From Spirochaetia bacterium (GTDB taxonomy: Bacteria > Spirochaetota > Spirochaetia > CAKZLE01), in the NCBI GenBank assembly GCA_963677595.1, contig OY782041.1, positions 4,261,377 through 4,325,376 of the forward strand: 64,000 nt of DNA. The letters are read 5' to 3'. Both the position numbers and the translations under genes were made by a program. Shown here one piece after another: positions 10,022 through 20,246 of the stretch. Below the pieces are notes generated by a model. That model did no database searches. It saw only the letters and a list, made by a program, of their open reading frames with translations, and had not been told where the DNA came from. Position 1 is the first letter of the stretch. Every line of letters starts with the position of its first letter.

Positions 10022-11374
10022 ATGAAAAAGAGATATATCTTACTGGGAATGGCAGTGATGCTGCTCTTCTCGACGACGGCACTCACCGCAGCTGACGGAT
10101 TTGATTTCGATATCGGGATAGACTACAACATGATGGACTCGGCGAACCTCATCGGTATCAGCCTCAATGCCGACATCCCGCTCGGCAAGATGGGGATCGG
10201 GGTCAAGGGCACCCTCCGGTACGATCTCGCGAACACGCGGATCATGACCGAGGAGTGGATCCCGGACTTCACCGAGGACGACACGATCTTAGAGAAGGTC
10301 CAGACGGCTGCAGCCCTCTACCTTCCCGTGATCAGGTACGTACGGTACGGATGGAAGGGCGAACCGCTCTACGCACAGGTCGGTGAACTCGAGGAAGTAT
10401 CTTTGGGTACCGGCATCTTCGTCGATGAGTACCAGAACACAGCACTGCAGCCGACACAGAAGCTCACCGGGGCCCTGCTCGACATCGACGGCGAGCTCTT
10501 CGGTTTCCCCTACATCGGGATCGAGTCTTTCACCAGTGACGTCGCACTGCTTGACATCATCGGCGGGCGTGTCTATGTGAAGCCCTTCGCCTCGATGGAC
10601 TTCTACATGCTCCATGACTTCCAGGTCGGCGGTTCGATGGTCGTAGACCGGGACCCGGCTGCTCATGACGACCCAGATACTCCGGTCTTCACTGAAGCAC
10701 CAGAGATGGTCCAGATGTACGGGGCCGACCTCCTCATGCCGATCCTGCCCTTCAGCTTCTTCACTCTCGATGCCTTCGCTGATTATGCTTTCCAGGACAG
10801 GATAGGCCTTGCAGAGCCGGCATCGATCATGCGTGCAGGCCTCAAGGGCGATATCATCAGCCTCATCAACTACGGGGCAGCCCTGACCATCCCGCAGACA
10901 GCCGGCTTCGTGCCGAGTTACTTCAATGACGGGTATGACCTTGACAGGTATACGCCCTATTCAACCACTGAGACCCCCGGGATCGCGACCGGCAACAAGT
11001 ACCTCAATGCCAATGCCGGGTTCGACCTCATGGATGAGAAGATCATTGTGGACGTCTCCATCGATGGGGAACTCCAGGTCGACAGCGGCAGCTACACGAT
11101 CAACAACCCGGATGTGTCAGCCTACTTCAAGTTCGGCGAGGGGATCATCCCCTACGGCTTCTTCGATGCGACCTATACCAAGCACATCGACGGGAACACC
11201 CTCGATGCAGTCCTTGACGGCGTACTCGACCCGGGCAAGTCATCGGTGATCGACATCTCGGCAACGGTAAACTACAGTATCATCCAGACCTCGGTCTCGG
11301 GCAGCATCACCTTCGATGAAACTGGTGATTATACCTACTCCGCAGGCCTCGCGGCCCTGTTTAACCTGTTCTAA
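10022..11374 (+). CDS. Secreted, probable outer-membrane beta-barrel protein
   Basis: Signal peptide ending LTA-A; alternating amphipathic strands; C-terminal Phe. Confidence 0.7.
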   Translation: MKKRYILLGMAVMLLFSTTALTAADGFDFDIGIDYNMMDSANLIGISLNADIPLGKMGIGVKGTLRYDLANTRIMTEEWIPDFTEDDTILEKVQTAAALYLPVIRYVRYGWKGEPLYAQVGELEEVSLGTGIFVDEYQNTALQPTQKLTGALLDIDGELFGFPYIGIESFTSDVALLDIIGGRVYVKPFASMDFYMLHDFQVGGSMVVDRDPAAHDDPDTPVFTEAPEMVQMYGADLLMPILPFSFFTLDAFADYAFQDRIGLAEPASIMRAGLKGDIISLINYGAALTIPQTAGFVPSYFNDGYDLDRYTPYSTTETPGIATGNKYLNANAGFDLMDEKIIVDVSIDGELQVDSGSYTINNPDVSAYFKFGEGIIPYGFFDATYTKHIDGNTLDAVLDGVLDPGKSSVIDISATVNYSIIQTSVSGSITFDETGDYTYSAGLAALFNLF

Positions 11375-11486
11375 GCCGAAAGACACTCCACTTGTGTTTA
11401 CCCGGAGTTTGCGATTATAATGTACTGATGAACACAGGTCCTTCCCCTGCGGGAAGGACCTGCATATGTGAAAAAGAGAGTATCCA

Positions 11487-14400
11487 ATGAGTAAACCCAG
11501 CCTGTCATTCCCGTTACGAATCCTGCTTACTGCCATACTTATCCTATCTGCGTCAACAGCCTTTGCCGCTGACCCCCTCCTGCAGTTCCAGACTCACCTT
11601 GACGGTGCTGAGGATGTGAAGTTCTTCAATGAACGGGGGATCTACCAGAGGAACTCGAATGAGGTCATGACTATCGGGGAGGGATGGATCATCCTGACAG
11701 GTACCCAGTCGATCGAACTGACGATCTCCGAAGGAGCGATGAGGATCGGCCCGAACTCAACGGTCTCTATCGACGCTCTTTCCGCTGATGGCTTGACGAT
11801 CTACCTCCAGAAGGGATCTGTACGGGCGGTTTCCGACAGCTCCGTCCCGATCACCCTCCTCTCGAAGAACAAGGAATACTCCTTCAAATCTGGTGACTAC
11901 GTCCTGCTCGTCGGGGCTGATGAACAGTTCTACAGTAACAGCGGGTCGGCAGTCGCGACTGATTCGAAGACCACTGCCGTAACTGAGGTCCCTGACGGTT
12001 CAGGGATCAAGGCAGGGACCGTCCTCGAGGCTGCCGCTGAGGAAGCTGCAGCAGCTTCAGCACCCCTGGAACTCAAGTACTATAACCCGGCACCCCAGCC
12101 GGTAGTGAGCATCGCCGTGACTCCTGCCGAGCCGGCAGCTGAGCCGTCTCCTACACCAGATGTGGAACCGGTTGCCGCTCCTGTCACTGACCAACCTGCA
12201 GCGACCACGGCTTCTACTGCCCCGACGGTCACTGCTCCTGCAGCCGAACCGGCTCCCGAAGCCGTACCGGAGGCTGAAACCGTGATCGCTGCACAACCTG
12301 CTGAGGATGAGGATATCATCATCCTCGTCGAACCCGAACCGGAAGTGACCCCAACGGCACCTGCAGAGCCAGCTGCACCTGCAGCAGCTGCCCCTGCGGC
12401 AGTACAGCCTGAGAAGCTCCCTGAACCGGAGACTTCAGTCGCGGCCGCCCCGAAGAAGACCACGACCGGCAACGTCATCGAGCTGATCATCGATACCCCT
12501 GCCAAGACTTCGACTTCTCCTGAGACTACAGAACCGGCAACGACCCAGCCGGCAGGAACCAGTACAGCTCCTGCTGCAGCCCCTGCCCCTGAGGATGTGA
12601 CCGTCGCAGTCGAGGAGGAGACGTCAGAACCTGCAGCTGCACCGGTCACGACCGTGGCCGCTGTGGAGCCGGAGGCAGCCGATAGAACACCCTTCTCGTT
12701 CTCCCTCTCCTCGGGCATCGGGTTCATGAACAAGCTGATCTCGTCCGGTGAAACAGGCTATGAGCCGTCCTACATCTCCACGGTACTCTACCCCGAGGTG
12801 AGTTTCGGGGCGATCGACCTCGGGTTCAGGCTCAATATAGCGTTCAACGGGAACCCCTTGAATCCCTCCACCTGGTACTCCCCGAGGGGGGACAACCTCT
12901 GGAACTACGGCGGAGATGCTTCAGGCTTCGCACTCATCGAGGATATAACGACTGATGCACTCTCACTCTTCGACCATCTCCGTGTCGGGGAACCTGATGA
13001 CCTGGTCTATATCAACGCAGACCGCACCTCTGACATCACCTTCGGGAACGGGACCCTCCTGAAGGATCTCAGGACATCGATCGACGCACCCTACCTTCAG
13101 AGGGCCGGGTTCTACCATAAGATGACCTCACCCTACTATGAGCATGAGCTGCTCATCGATGACATCTACCATTCACGTCTCTATGCGGCACGGTTCGCCG
13201 TCATCCCGCTGCCGGTCAGCTTCCCGATCTCCATCGGGCTCTACGACATCGCCGATATCCAGACAAGCCCCACGAAGATCCTCATGACACCGGGGCTTGA
13301 ACTGACCTACCCCCTCATCAGGGAAGAGGGTCGATCCCTCGAACTCTTCGCAGAGGCAGCCGGCCTCATGGCCTTCAACTTCGATTCAGGCGACATGGCC
13401 TATGATGCGGTCTGGAACAGTGGGATCCAGAACATCCTGGCCTTCGGCGGGATCAACGGGACCATGGGCAACCTCTCATACAGCCTCATGGGAGCCTATG
13501 ACCGCGGGAATCTCTCGCTGAACATGTTCGGTGAGGACTACCAGTGGCGGCGCTCTGAGATCATCGCACTCCTGGAAAGTGAGGAATACAACACCGGCGG
13601 GGACTCGAATGAGCTCACCCTCTTTGGGGATCTCGGGTATACCGGGGACTCCTTCGGGGCTGATATCTCCTATCGGCTGCCGCTCGGCTCCTTCATCCCC
13701 GATTTTACCCGCGACAGGCTCAGTATCTCGCTGAACGCACATTCCGATGTACTTGCAGCTGAACTCGGCTTCTCCTCTGACGGGCTCTTTTATAATCTTC
13801 TCGGGGACGGGATCTTCTCGCTCTTCTCGACTGACAACCGGGCATATGCTTCCCTTGCCTATACCATGGGAGACATCACGCTCAAGGCCACCTATGCGAA
13901 CACGGCCTATTATGCTGACAATGTCGCAGCATCTGCCGTCATCCCGACGATGTCGCTCGAGACGGAGATCGACCTCTTCGGGTGGGGCACGGGTACAGAA
14001 GATACTCCGGCAGCTGATATGCAAGTATCCGCTCCCAAGAGTTCACCCTTCTCCCTCAGCGCCGGGGCAAGCATCATCAACCCTGCCATCGACTTATCAG
14101 CGACGGACGCAGCCTATGCCAACGGGCCCTACACCTCCCTGTTCCTCTATCCGGGGTTCCGCTCCGATGCCTTCGAGTTCCAGCTCGGGATCGGGGTCGT
14201 GACTGCAGGGAACCCCTTCAACTACGAAGATGCCTACTTCGAGGCCGGGGTCAATGAGATCAACGACCTCTTCACCAGCCCCATAACCCCTGACCTCTAC
14301 TCTCTCAGGTCGACCGCACTCAATGTCCTCTCCTTCATCGATTATGTGCGGGTGAACGAGGAATCGGCACCCTTCTTCCTCCGGGTCTCGGACCAGGAAC

Positions 14401-15440
14401 CGTTAACACTCGGGAAAGGGACCATGCTCTCCGACCTGCAGACAGCCATCGATTACCCCTTCATCAGGCGTAACGGGCTCTACAGCAGCGTAAACACGAA
14501 GGTCTATGATTCAGAGTTCCTCATCAATGACCTGTCGAACCCGCAGCTCATCGGGACGAGAATCGGCATTACCCCTATCCCGGATCTCTACGCCTTCGAG
14601 ATCGGTCTTTCAGGCATCATGGACATGACCTTCCTCTCATCTGCCGCCCTGGCAACCGAGGGGATGACCAATGCGTTCCAGATGCTGCTCGTCCCCGGGG
14701 CGGACCTCACCTTCCCGATCATCTCGAACGACTCGCTCTCCCTCTCTGCCTATGGTGACTTCTACACCACCCTTATCTTCGATGATGCATTCATCACTGA
14801 CTCGATCGATAACTACCTGACCTCGGCAGGCATCACGGCGGATCTTGGCTGGCTCAGCATCGAGGGATCACTGGCCTATGACCATGGGGGGCTGGGTCGG
14901 AACCTCTTCGGGCGCGATTACTCCTGGAGGCGCGGTGCTGTCTATGACTTCCTCACTTCCTACGCTGATGCAGCCTACGATGTGAACAACTTCGATGCAC
15001 TCATCTCGTTCGGTATCGACACGGAACATGTCGATTTCACCGGCTTCGTGGACCTGCTTCTCACCGAATCATTCGGGATGAACTTCAGCACTGCTTCGAA
15101 TCTGGAAGCCCCAGACCTCTTCGGTTTCGATGTGGCCGTGAACGTGGACTCGCTCGAGCTGTCCCTCGGCTATGCAAAGAGAGGTATTTCTCATGACCTG
15201 AGGACCAGCTCGTTCAGCTTCTTCGACGAGTCCTCCCAGCTCTATGCAGGCCTGGACTATACCTACGGTGATGTCGAGCTCTTCGGCAGGTTCTCCTCGG
15301 TCGGGGAGTATGACTCCTATGATGGGACACTGCCAGACCACTATCTAGACCATGGGGATGACCTGGTACGGGATTCTGGTACCGGGGAAGCGAACATCAT
15401 ACCGGCCCTGACCATCGGCACGGTACTGCACCTGCTCTAG
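11487..15440 (+). CDS. Large exported protein: FecR-like N-domain, Pro/Ala/Glu/Thr linker, two tandem barrel-like domains homologous to the upstream protein
   Basis: Signal peptide; IGPNSTVSI..IYLQKGSVR FecR-like pattern; low-complexity linker about 12090-12690; internal repeat from 12690 and 14046. Confidence 0.7.
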   Translation: MSKPSLSFPLRILLTAILILSASTAFAADPLLQFQTHLDGAEDVKFFNERGIYQRNSNEVMTIGEGWIILTGTQSIELTISEGAMRIGPNSTVSIDALSADGLTIYLQKGSVRAVSDSSVPITLLSKNKEYSFKSGDYVLLVGADEQFYSNSGSAVATDSKTTAVTEVPDGSGIKAGTVLEAAAEEAAAASAPLELKYYNPAPQPVVSIAVTPAEPAAEPSPTPDVEPVAAPVTDQPAATTASTAPTVTAPAAEPAPEAVPEAETVIAAQPAEDEDIIILVEPEPEVTPTAPAEPAAPAAAAPAAVQPEKLPEPETSVAAAPKKTTTGNVIELIIDTPAKTSTSPETTEPATTQPAGTSTAPAAAPAPEDVTVAVEEETSEPAAAPVTTVAAVEPEAADRTPFSFSLSSGIGFMNKLISSGETGYEPSYISTVLYPEVSFGAIDLGFRLNIAFNGNPLNPSTWYSPRGDNLWNYGGDASGFALIEDITTDALSLFDHLRVGEPDDLVYINADRTSDITFGNGTLLKDLRTSIDAPYLQRAGFYHKMTSPYYEHELLIDDIYHSRLYAARFAVIPLPVSFPISIGLYDIADIQTSPTKILMTPGLELTYPLIREEGRSLELFAEAAGLMAFNFDSGDMAYDAVWNSGIQNILAFGGINGTMGNLSYSLMGAYDRGNLSLNMFGEDYQWRRSEIIALLESEEYNTGGDSNELTLFGDLGYTGDSFGADISYRLPLGSFIPDFTRDRLSISLNAHSDVLAAELGFSSDGLFYNLLGDGIFSLFSTDNRAYASLAYTMGDITLKATYANTAYYADNVAASAVIPTMSLETEIDLFGWGTGTEDTPAADMQVSAPKSSPFSLSAGASIINPAIDLSATDAAYANGPYTSLFLYPGFRSDAFEFQLGIGVVTAGNPFNYEDAYFEAGVNEINDLFTSPITPDLYSLRSTALNVLSFIDYVRVNEESAPFFLRVSDQEPLTLGKGTMLSDLQTAIDYPFIRRNGLYSSVNTKVYDSEFLINDLSNPQLIGTRIGITPIPDLYAFEIGLSGIMDMTFLSSAALATEGMTNAFQMLLVPGADLTFPIISNDSLSLSAYGDFYTTLIFDDAFITDSIDNYLTSAGITADLGWLSIEGSLAYDHGGLGRNLFGRDYSWRRGAVYDFLTSYADAAYDVNNFDALISFGIDTEHVDFTGFVDLLLTESFGMNFSTASNLEAPDLFGFDVAVNVDSLELSLGYAKRGISHDLRTSSFSFFDESSQLYAGLDYTYGDVELFGRFSSVGEYDSYDGTLPDHYLDHGDDLVRDSGTGEANIIPALTIGTVLHLL

Positions 15441-15450
15441 AGGGAGTCCT

Positions 15451-17241
15451 ATGGCTGAGAGACGACATATCAGGGAACTCGATCCCTATGTAGCACAGCG
15501 GATCGCCGCCGGGGAGGTCATCGACCGCCCCCAGGCGATCATCAGGGAACTGCTCGACAACTCGATCGACGCCGGTGCGACCAAGGTCGATATCTTCCTC
15601 GAGGACGGGGGGATCTCATTGATCAAGGTCATCGACAATGGGACTGGGATGGACCGCGAGGACCTCTCCATCTGCTACCTCTCCCACACCACCTCGAAGA
15701 TCTCAACCATCGATGACCTCTATGCGATACGCACGCTCGGCTTCCGCGGTGAAGCCCTGGCCAGCATGGCTGCCTGCTCGAAGCTGAGGATCGTCAGCAA
15801 GAGCGAGGGGAATGAAGCCTATACGGTGTCCGTAAGGGACGGTGCCGCCGAGGGACCGGTCGAGTCAGGCCACCCGAACGGGACGACGGTAGAGATCAGA
15901 GATCTCTTCTACTCCATCCCCGGGAGGCGAAAGTTCCTCAAGAGCCCGCAGGCTGAGACCGCGGCCTGCAGGAAGATGGTGGTCGAGAAGGCACTCATGC
16001 ACCCGAAGATCCAGTTCAGGTTCTTCTCGCAGGATACCCTGCGGCTCTTCCTTCCCGAGAACAATCCGGTTGGCAGGATCATCGATGCCTATGCATCCCA
16101 GAAGTTCGACCCGGTCTTCTTCACGAGACTGAACGAGGTCTGCGGGAACTTCACGCTGGATCTGACCTGCAGTACCCCCTCGCTCTACCGTAATGACCGG
16201 AGCTTCATCCAGATCTTCGTCAATAACCGGCGAATCGATGACTTCGCGCTCGTACAGGCTGTCCAGTACGGGTACACCGACTATCTTCCCGGGGGCTGCT
16301 TCCCCTACTGCTTCGTGTCGATCACGATAGACCCGGAGCTCGTCGATTTCAACATCCACCCGGCGAAACGGGAGGTGAAACTGAGGATCGGCAAGGAGAT
16401 CCATCACCAGATCGTTGAGACGATCAAGCAGTACCTCTATACAGAACAGCGCCGCAGCAGGGGCGAGACCCAGGTCTCACAGACGACGCTCACCTTCCAG
16501 GGGGAGGATGAGCCTGCAGCCCGAAAAACGCAGGAGCCCTCCCCTTCGCGCTGGAGCCCTTCCGCATCCTACGCGGCATCAGTTCGACCTACCTACCAGC
16601 CGACGGTGCGAAAAGCCGATGAGGAGTGGGTCTCCAAGGCCCGGGAGATATTCTCCGATGAAGAGCGGCCCTCCTACCCTGTGACTGAAGCTGCCTCTGC
16701 ATCCGATGACTTCATCTACCACGGGCAGGTATTCGGTGTCTTCCTCGTCGTGGAGAAGGATGAGACGCTCTACCTGATCGACCAGCATGCCGCCCATGAA
16801 CGGGTCATCTATGAAGAACTGAAAAGTCAGGTCGCACCGCAGCCGCTGCTGGTACCGATCCCATTCGAGGTCACGGACGACGTAGCGGACTACATCGAGA
16901 ACCAGCTGTCAGCGTTCAAGAGCCAGGGGATCATCCTGGAGTATTCCGGCGGGTCCTGGCAGCTTACTGCGCTACCGAACTATGCGAGGACTCTTGAAGA
17001 CGAGATCATCACCTTCATCCAGCAGGAGGTAGGCTCCCCTGAGGAGATCACCAGGAAGCTCTTCGCCACGATCTCCTGCCGACGGGCTGTCAAGGAAGGC
17101 GATGTCCTTGACGATCATACTGCACGAGACCTGATCAGGAAGATCCTGGCTCTCGAGGTACCGAGATGTCCTCACGGCAGACCGGTCTGGAGTGAGATCA
17201 CCAGGGAAGAACTCTATCGTGCGGTGAAGCGGCTTGTCTGA
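15451..17241 (+). CDS. mutL: DNA mismatch repair endonuclease MutL
   Basis: IAAGEVI, ELLDNSIDAG, GFRGEAL, DQHAAHERVIYE, CPHGRP. Confidence 0.97.
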   Translation: MAERRHIRELDPYVAQRIAAGEVIDRPQAIIRELLDNSIDAGATKVDIFLEDGGISLIKVIDNGTGMDREDLSICYLSHTTSKISTIDDLYAIRTLGFRGEALASMAACSKLRIVSKSEGNEAYTVSVRDGAAEGPVESGHPNGTTVEIRDLFYSIPGRRKFLKSPQAETAACRKMVVEKALMHPKIQFRFFSQDTLRLFLPENNPVGRIIDAYASQKFDPVFFTRLNEVCGNFTLDLTCSTPSLYRNDRSFIQIFVNNRRIDDFALVQAVQYGYTDYLPGGCFPYCFVSITIDPELVDFNIHPAKREVKLRIGKEIHHQIVETIKQYLYTEQRRSRGETQVSQTTLTFQGEDEPAARKTQEPSPSRWSPSASYAASVRPTYQPTVRKADEEWVSKAREIFSDEERPSYPVTEAASASDDFIYHGQVFGVFLVVEKDETLYLIDQHAAHERVIYEELKSQVAPQPLLVPIPFEVTDDVADYIENQLSAFKSQGIILEYSGGSWQLTALPNYARTLEDEIITFIQQEVGSPEEITRKLFATISCRRAVKEGDVLDDHTARDLIRKILALEVPRCPHGRPVWSEITREELYRAVKRLV

Positions 17242-17958
17242 TCATTCGTAGCGGTAGTATCCGTTCCTGAACCACTGCTTGAGCAGCGAATCATACACCT
17301 CGATCTCGAAGAACGCAACATCACGACCGACCCCGCGGGTGATCTCCTGAGCCTGACCTGTAAGCGGCTGGGCTATCGAGACATCGACAGATCCCATGGG
17401 ATTAAGGGCATCATCGAAGCCCCTGAAGGTGACACTCTTAATCTGTGTGTTCGTGCTGGTGATCATGTCAGTCGCGGGATCATAGGTCGGGAAGAGGCTC
17501 GCGGTCCTGTCTGAATACCTCACGGCATCGACGAGGTCAAAACTGATCGAGTCCTCATACCCTGCTTCAGAGACCACGGTCGCGGTATAGGTGCCGTTCT
17601 GAAACCTGGCAGGCCGTTTACTTGAGGAAGGGGCAATGATCGCGTTGGTACCGATCCAGACCTCACCGTCTGAGATCTCCGTGAAGAGATAGTCTATATC
17701 GATCTCCCAGGAGAGATGATCAGCATCCGGGGCGGTAATGATCAGGTTGGCTATCCCGTGGTCCTCATCCTCGGCATCGAGATGCACATAGAGTTCCAGG
17801 CGCTTCTCCACCCGTCCGGTTGACTGGGTGAGTACGTTCACGAGGCGTGTATCTGTCTCGATGATATGGGGGATCGATTGGGTGCAGGATGCAAGCAGCC
17901 CGGCAGCCATGACCATGAGCACCAGGGCTGCCCGTAGCGAGAACCTGCCTAGAGACAT
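17242..17958 (-). CDS. Hypothetical lipoprotein
   Basis: Lipobox LLAS-C after a hydrophobic leader; overlaps the acyltransferase stop. Confidence 0.7.
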   Translation of the reverse strand: MSLGRFSLRAALVLMVMAAGLLASCTQSIPHIIETDTRLVNVLTQSTGRVEKRLELYVHLDAEDEDHGIANLIITAPDADHLSWEIDIDYLFTEISDGEVWIGTNAIIAPSSSKRPARFQNGTYTATVVSEAGYEDSISFDLVDAVRYSDRTASLFPTYDPATDMITSTNTQIKSVTFRGFDDALNPMGSVDVSIAQPLTGQAQEITRGVGRDVAFFEIEVYDSLLKQWFRNGYYRYE

Positions 17959-19091
17959 TCCCCTTGGGCCTTCAGCTGCATCTTCACCGGGTTCGCATAG
18001 GATTCCATGACCTGGCCGCGAAGATCCTCGGTGAGGTACTCATACCGGTCGAGAAAGTCCTGCTTCTGCTCCTCACTGTACTCTGATGAGAACCGTGAGT
18101 CACGGGTGACGATATCATAGGCGATGTAGTTGGTGTCCCAGAGGCGATAGCCGATATGGATCTGGCGGTCTATCTCCTCTGCCACCGCAAGGTGGTCCGG
18201 GAGGTCCGTGCTGATGGGTGTGCCGACATGCAGGTGGACATTACCCTTGTACTTCTTGATGCCCTTGAGTACCTGGATCATATCCTCATACTTCTTCTTG
18301 GTATACATCCCCGTGAGCTTCTTCGAAAGCAGTTCCTTGCTCTTGTTGATGTCGCAGGGATCATACTGGTAGGAAATAGCCACAGGGACGATCCGGCAGT
18401 CCTCAAGCAGCTGCTTGAAGCTCATGCCTGAGTCCTTCTGGGACATGTAGAGCATCTTGATGATCGACGGGCTCGTGAGATCGAGACCGTCCTTCGCCCT
18501 CCCGCTCTTCTGTGCCACCCACATGGATTTGTTGTGCTTTGCGATACCCTCGTAGAAATAGGAGGAGAGCCGCTTGGATTCCTTGAACTTCTCCCGCAGC
18601 GGCAGGGACCGTTTCACCGTGATCCCCCCGTTCAGCTTGAAGAGGTCCTTCGAGAGCTGGGTACCGAGGAGGTTGTCGCCGATCGCGATCTCCGTGTAGC
18701 CGTATCCTTCCTTCCCGAGCACATCGTTGAGGAGTGCACAGTCAAGGACGATATCGCGGTGGTTGGAGATGAAGAAATAGGACTGCCCCTTGACGAGGTG
18801 ATCGAGTCCCTCGAAGGAGAACTCATCCATCGTATTCTTCACGACCGCCGAGATCAGGATCTTCGATGTCACGTTCGCCTGGAAATCATCCACCGAATGG
18901 ACGGTGTCCAGGGCTTCGTACAGGTGATGCTGCAGGTTGTGCTGCTTGACAGCTGAGATCAGGTTCCTGCTGGTAAAGACCATCTGGCTCGCACTCTTGA
19001 CGAAGCTCTTGCTGTTGCGAAGCCTGTCTAGCGCTTCTTCGAGGTCCTCATCATAATAGGGCGAAATATCCCTATATGCTTCATTCTTCAT
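17949..19091 (-). CDS. Glycerol-3-phosphate/lysophospholipid acyltransferase (PlsB/PlsC superfamily)
   Basis: SNHRDIVLD (HX4D), IAIGDNL, WVAQKSGRAKDG. Confidence 0.85.
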   Translation of the reverse strand: MKNEAYRDISPYYDEDLEEALDRLRNSKSFVKSASQMVFTSRNLISAVKQHNLQHHLYEALDTVHSVDDFQANVTSKILISAVVKNTMDEFSFEGLDHLVKGQSYFFISNHRDIVLDCALLNDVLGKEGYGYTEIAIGDNLLGTQLSKDLFKLNGGITVKRSLPLREKFKESKRLSSYFYEGIAKHNKSMWVAQKSGRAKDGLDLTSPSIIKMLYMSQKDSGMSFKQLLEDCRIVPVAISYQYDPCDINKSKELLSKKLTGMYTKKKYEDMIQVLKGIKKYKGNVHLHVGTPISTDLPDHLAVAEEIDRQIHIGYRLWDTNYIAYDIVTRDSRFSSEYSEEQKQDFLDRYEYLTEDLRGQVMESYANPVKMQLKAQGECL

Positions 19092-19101
19092 CTTTACCTC
19101 T

Positions 19102-20085
19102 TTATGAGATCCCGCAGACTGCCTTGATATACTGGGACCGCTCCCAGATATCAGGGTCGTCGGAACTTTCCTGGCAGAGTCTTCCCTTGAAGTCAGCTAT
19201 CGACGCGTACTCCTTCCTCTCCATCCAGGCTTCGATCGTCCCTTTCATGGTCCCGATGACATCATGACCGTGCTTCATGAGGGCAGAGCAGATACCAACC
19301 GATGATGCCCCGGCAAGCAGCTGCTTGATGATCGTCTCCCCGTCATAGATCCCCGTATTGGCACAGAAATCGAGCTTGAGCTCACCGGACATGAGACCGA
19401 TCCACCTGAGGGACTGGGCATACTCCTCAGGGGAACTCAAGACCTTCCCGGCTGTTACGCTCTCGTCCTCGATGTTGATGTCGGTCCGGTAGAACCTGTT
19501 GAACAGCACGAGGCCATCGACACCCAGATCCTCGAACCGCCTCATCCTGTTAGCCAGGCCTGAGAAGTTCTCACCCATCTTCAGGGCGATTGGGATCGAT
19601 ACATGCTTCCTGATCTCCCTGATCAGCTTGTCATACTGGTGCTCGATCTCCTGCCCGTCACGGTCTGCCTGCGACGGAATGATATAGGAGTTGATCTCCA
19701 GGGCATCAGCCCCTGCCTCCTCGAACCGGTGGGCGTTCTCGAGCCACTTCCCCGGCGAGACGCAGTTCAGGCTCGCGATGATCGGTACCTGAACGCTCTT
19801 CTTGGCCTTCTCTACCAGGTCAAGGTAGGTATCTATGAAATATTCTTTGCTGGAATTATCAAAGAAGTCGAATGCATCTGCGTGGGCATACATATCGGCT
19901 CCCTCGAGCATCTTTGAAGCATCTGCGGTGATCTGTTCCTCGAACAGTGATTTCAGCACCACAGCGCCGGCACCAGCGTCCTCACAGCGCTTCACCCCCT
20001 CAAGGGTCGAAGTCAGACGAGAACTGGCAACTATGATTGGATTTGTCAGCGTGAGTCCCAAGTATCGGGTGGAAAGATCCGCCAT
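19102..20085 (-). CDS. Dihydroorotate dehydrogenase-like flavoprotein
   Basis: LGLTLTNPIIVASS, GAGAVVLKSLFEEQI, LVLFNRFY; lacks the NxSCPN catalytic loop. Confidence 0.85.
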   Translation of the reverse strand: MADLSTRYLGLTLTNPIIVASSRLTSTLEGVKRCEDAGAGAVVLKSLFEEQITADASKMLEGADMYAHADAFDFFDNSSKEYFIDTYLDLVEKAKKSVQVPIIASLNCVSPGKWLENAHRFEEAGADALEINSYIIPSQADRDGQEIEHQYDKLIREIRKHVSIPIALKMGENFSGLANRMRRFEDLGVDGLVLFNRFYRTDINIEDESVTAGKVLSSPEEYAQSLRWIGLMSGELKLDFCANTGIYDGETIIKQLLAGASSVGICSALMKHGHDVIGTMKGTIEAWMERKEYASIADFKGRLCQESSDDPDIWERSQYIKAVCGIS

Positions 20086-20246
20086 GAAAAACCTCCTACG
20101 GCACAATCATACATCATTGTACAGGTCTTTCCATGGATAAACAAGAGGGTTTTACCTGCAAAATCGTTCTGTAGAAGGATCGGATGGGGTTCTCCTCCCG
20201 ATGGGGCCAGCAAGCTGGACCCCGCCGGAAGGAGTGCAGTTAGGGA

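Noticed and set aside
11425-11475. Hammerhead ribozyme (CTGATGA-stem-GAAA)
   Set aside because: Core-like words flank the hairpin, but no convincing stem I or III and no NUH cleavage triplet could be built
12080-12733. 217-aa Ala/Gly/Ser-rich minus-strand ORF
   Set aside because: Mirror of the low-complexity linker of the 1317-aa protein
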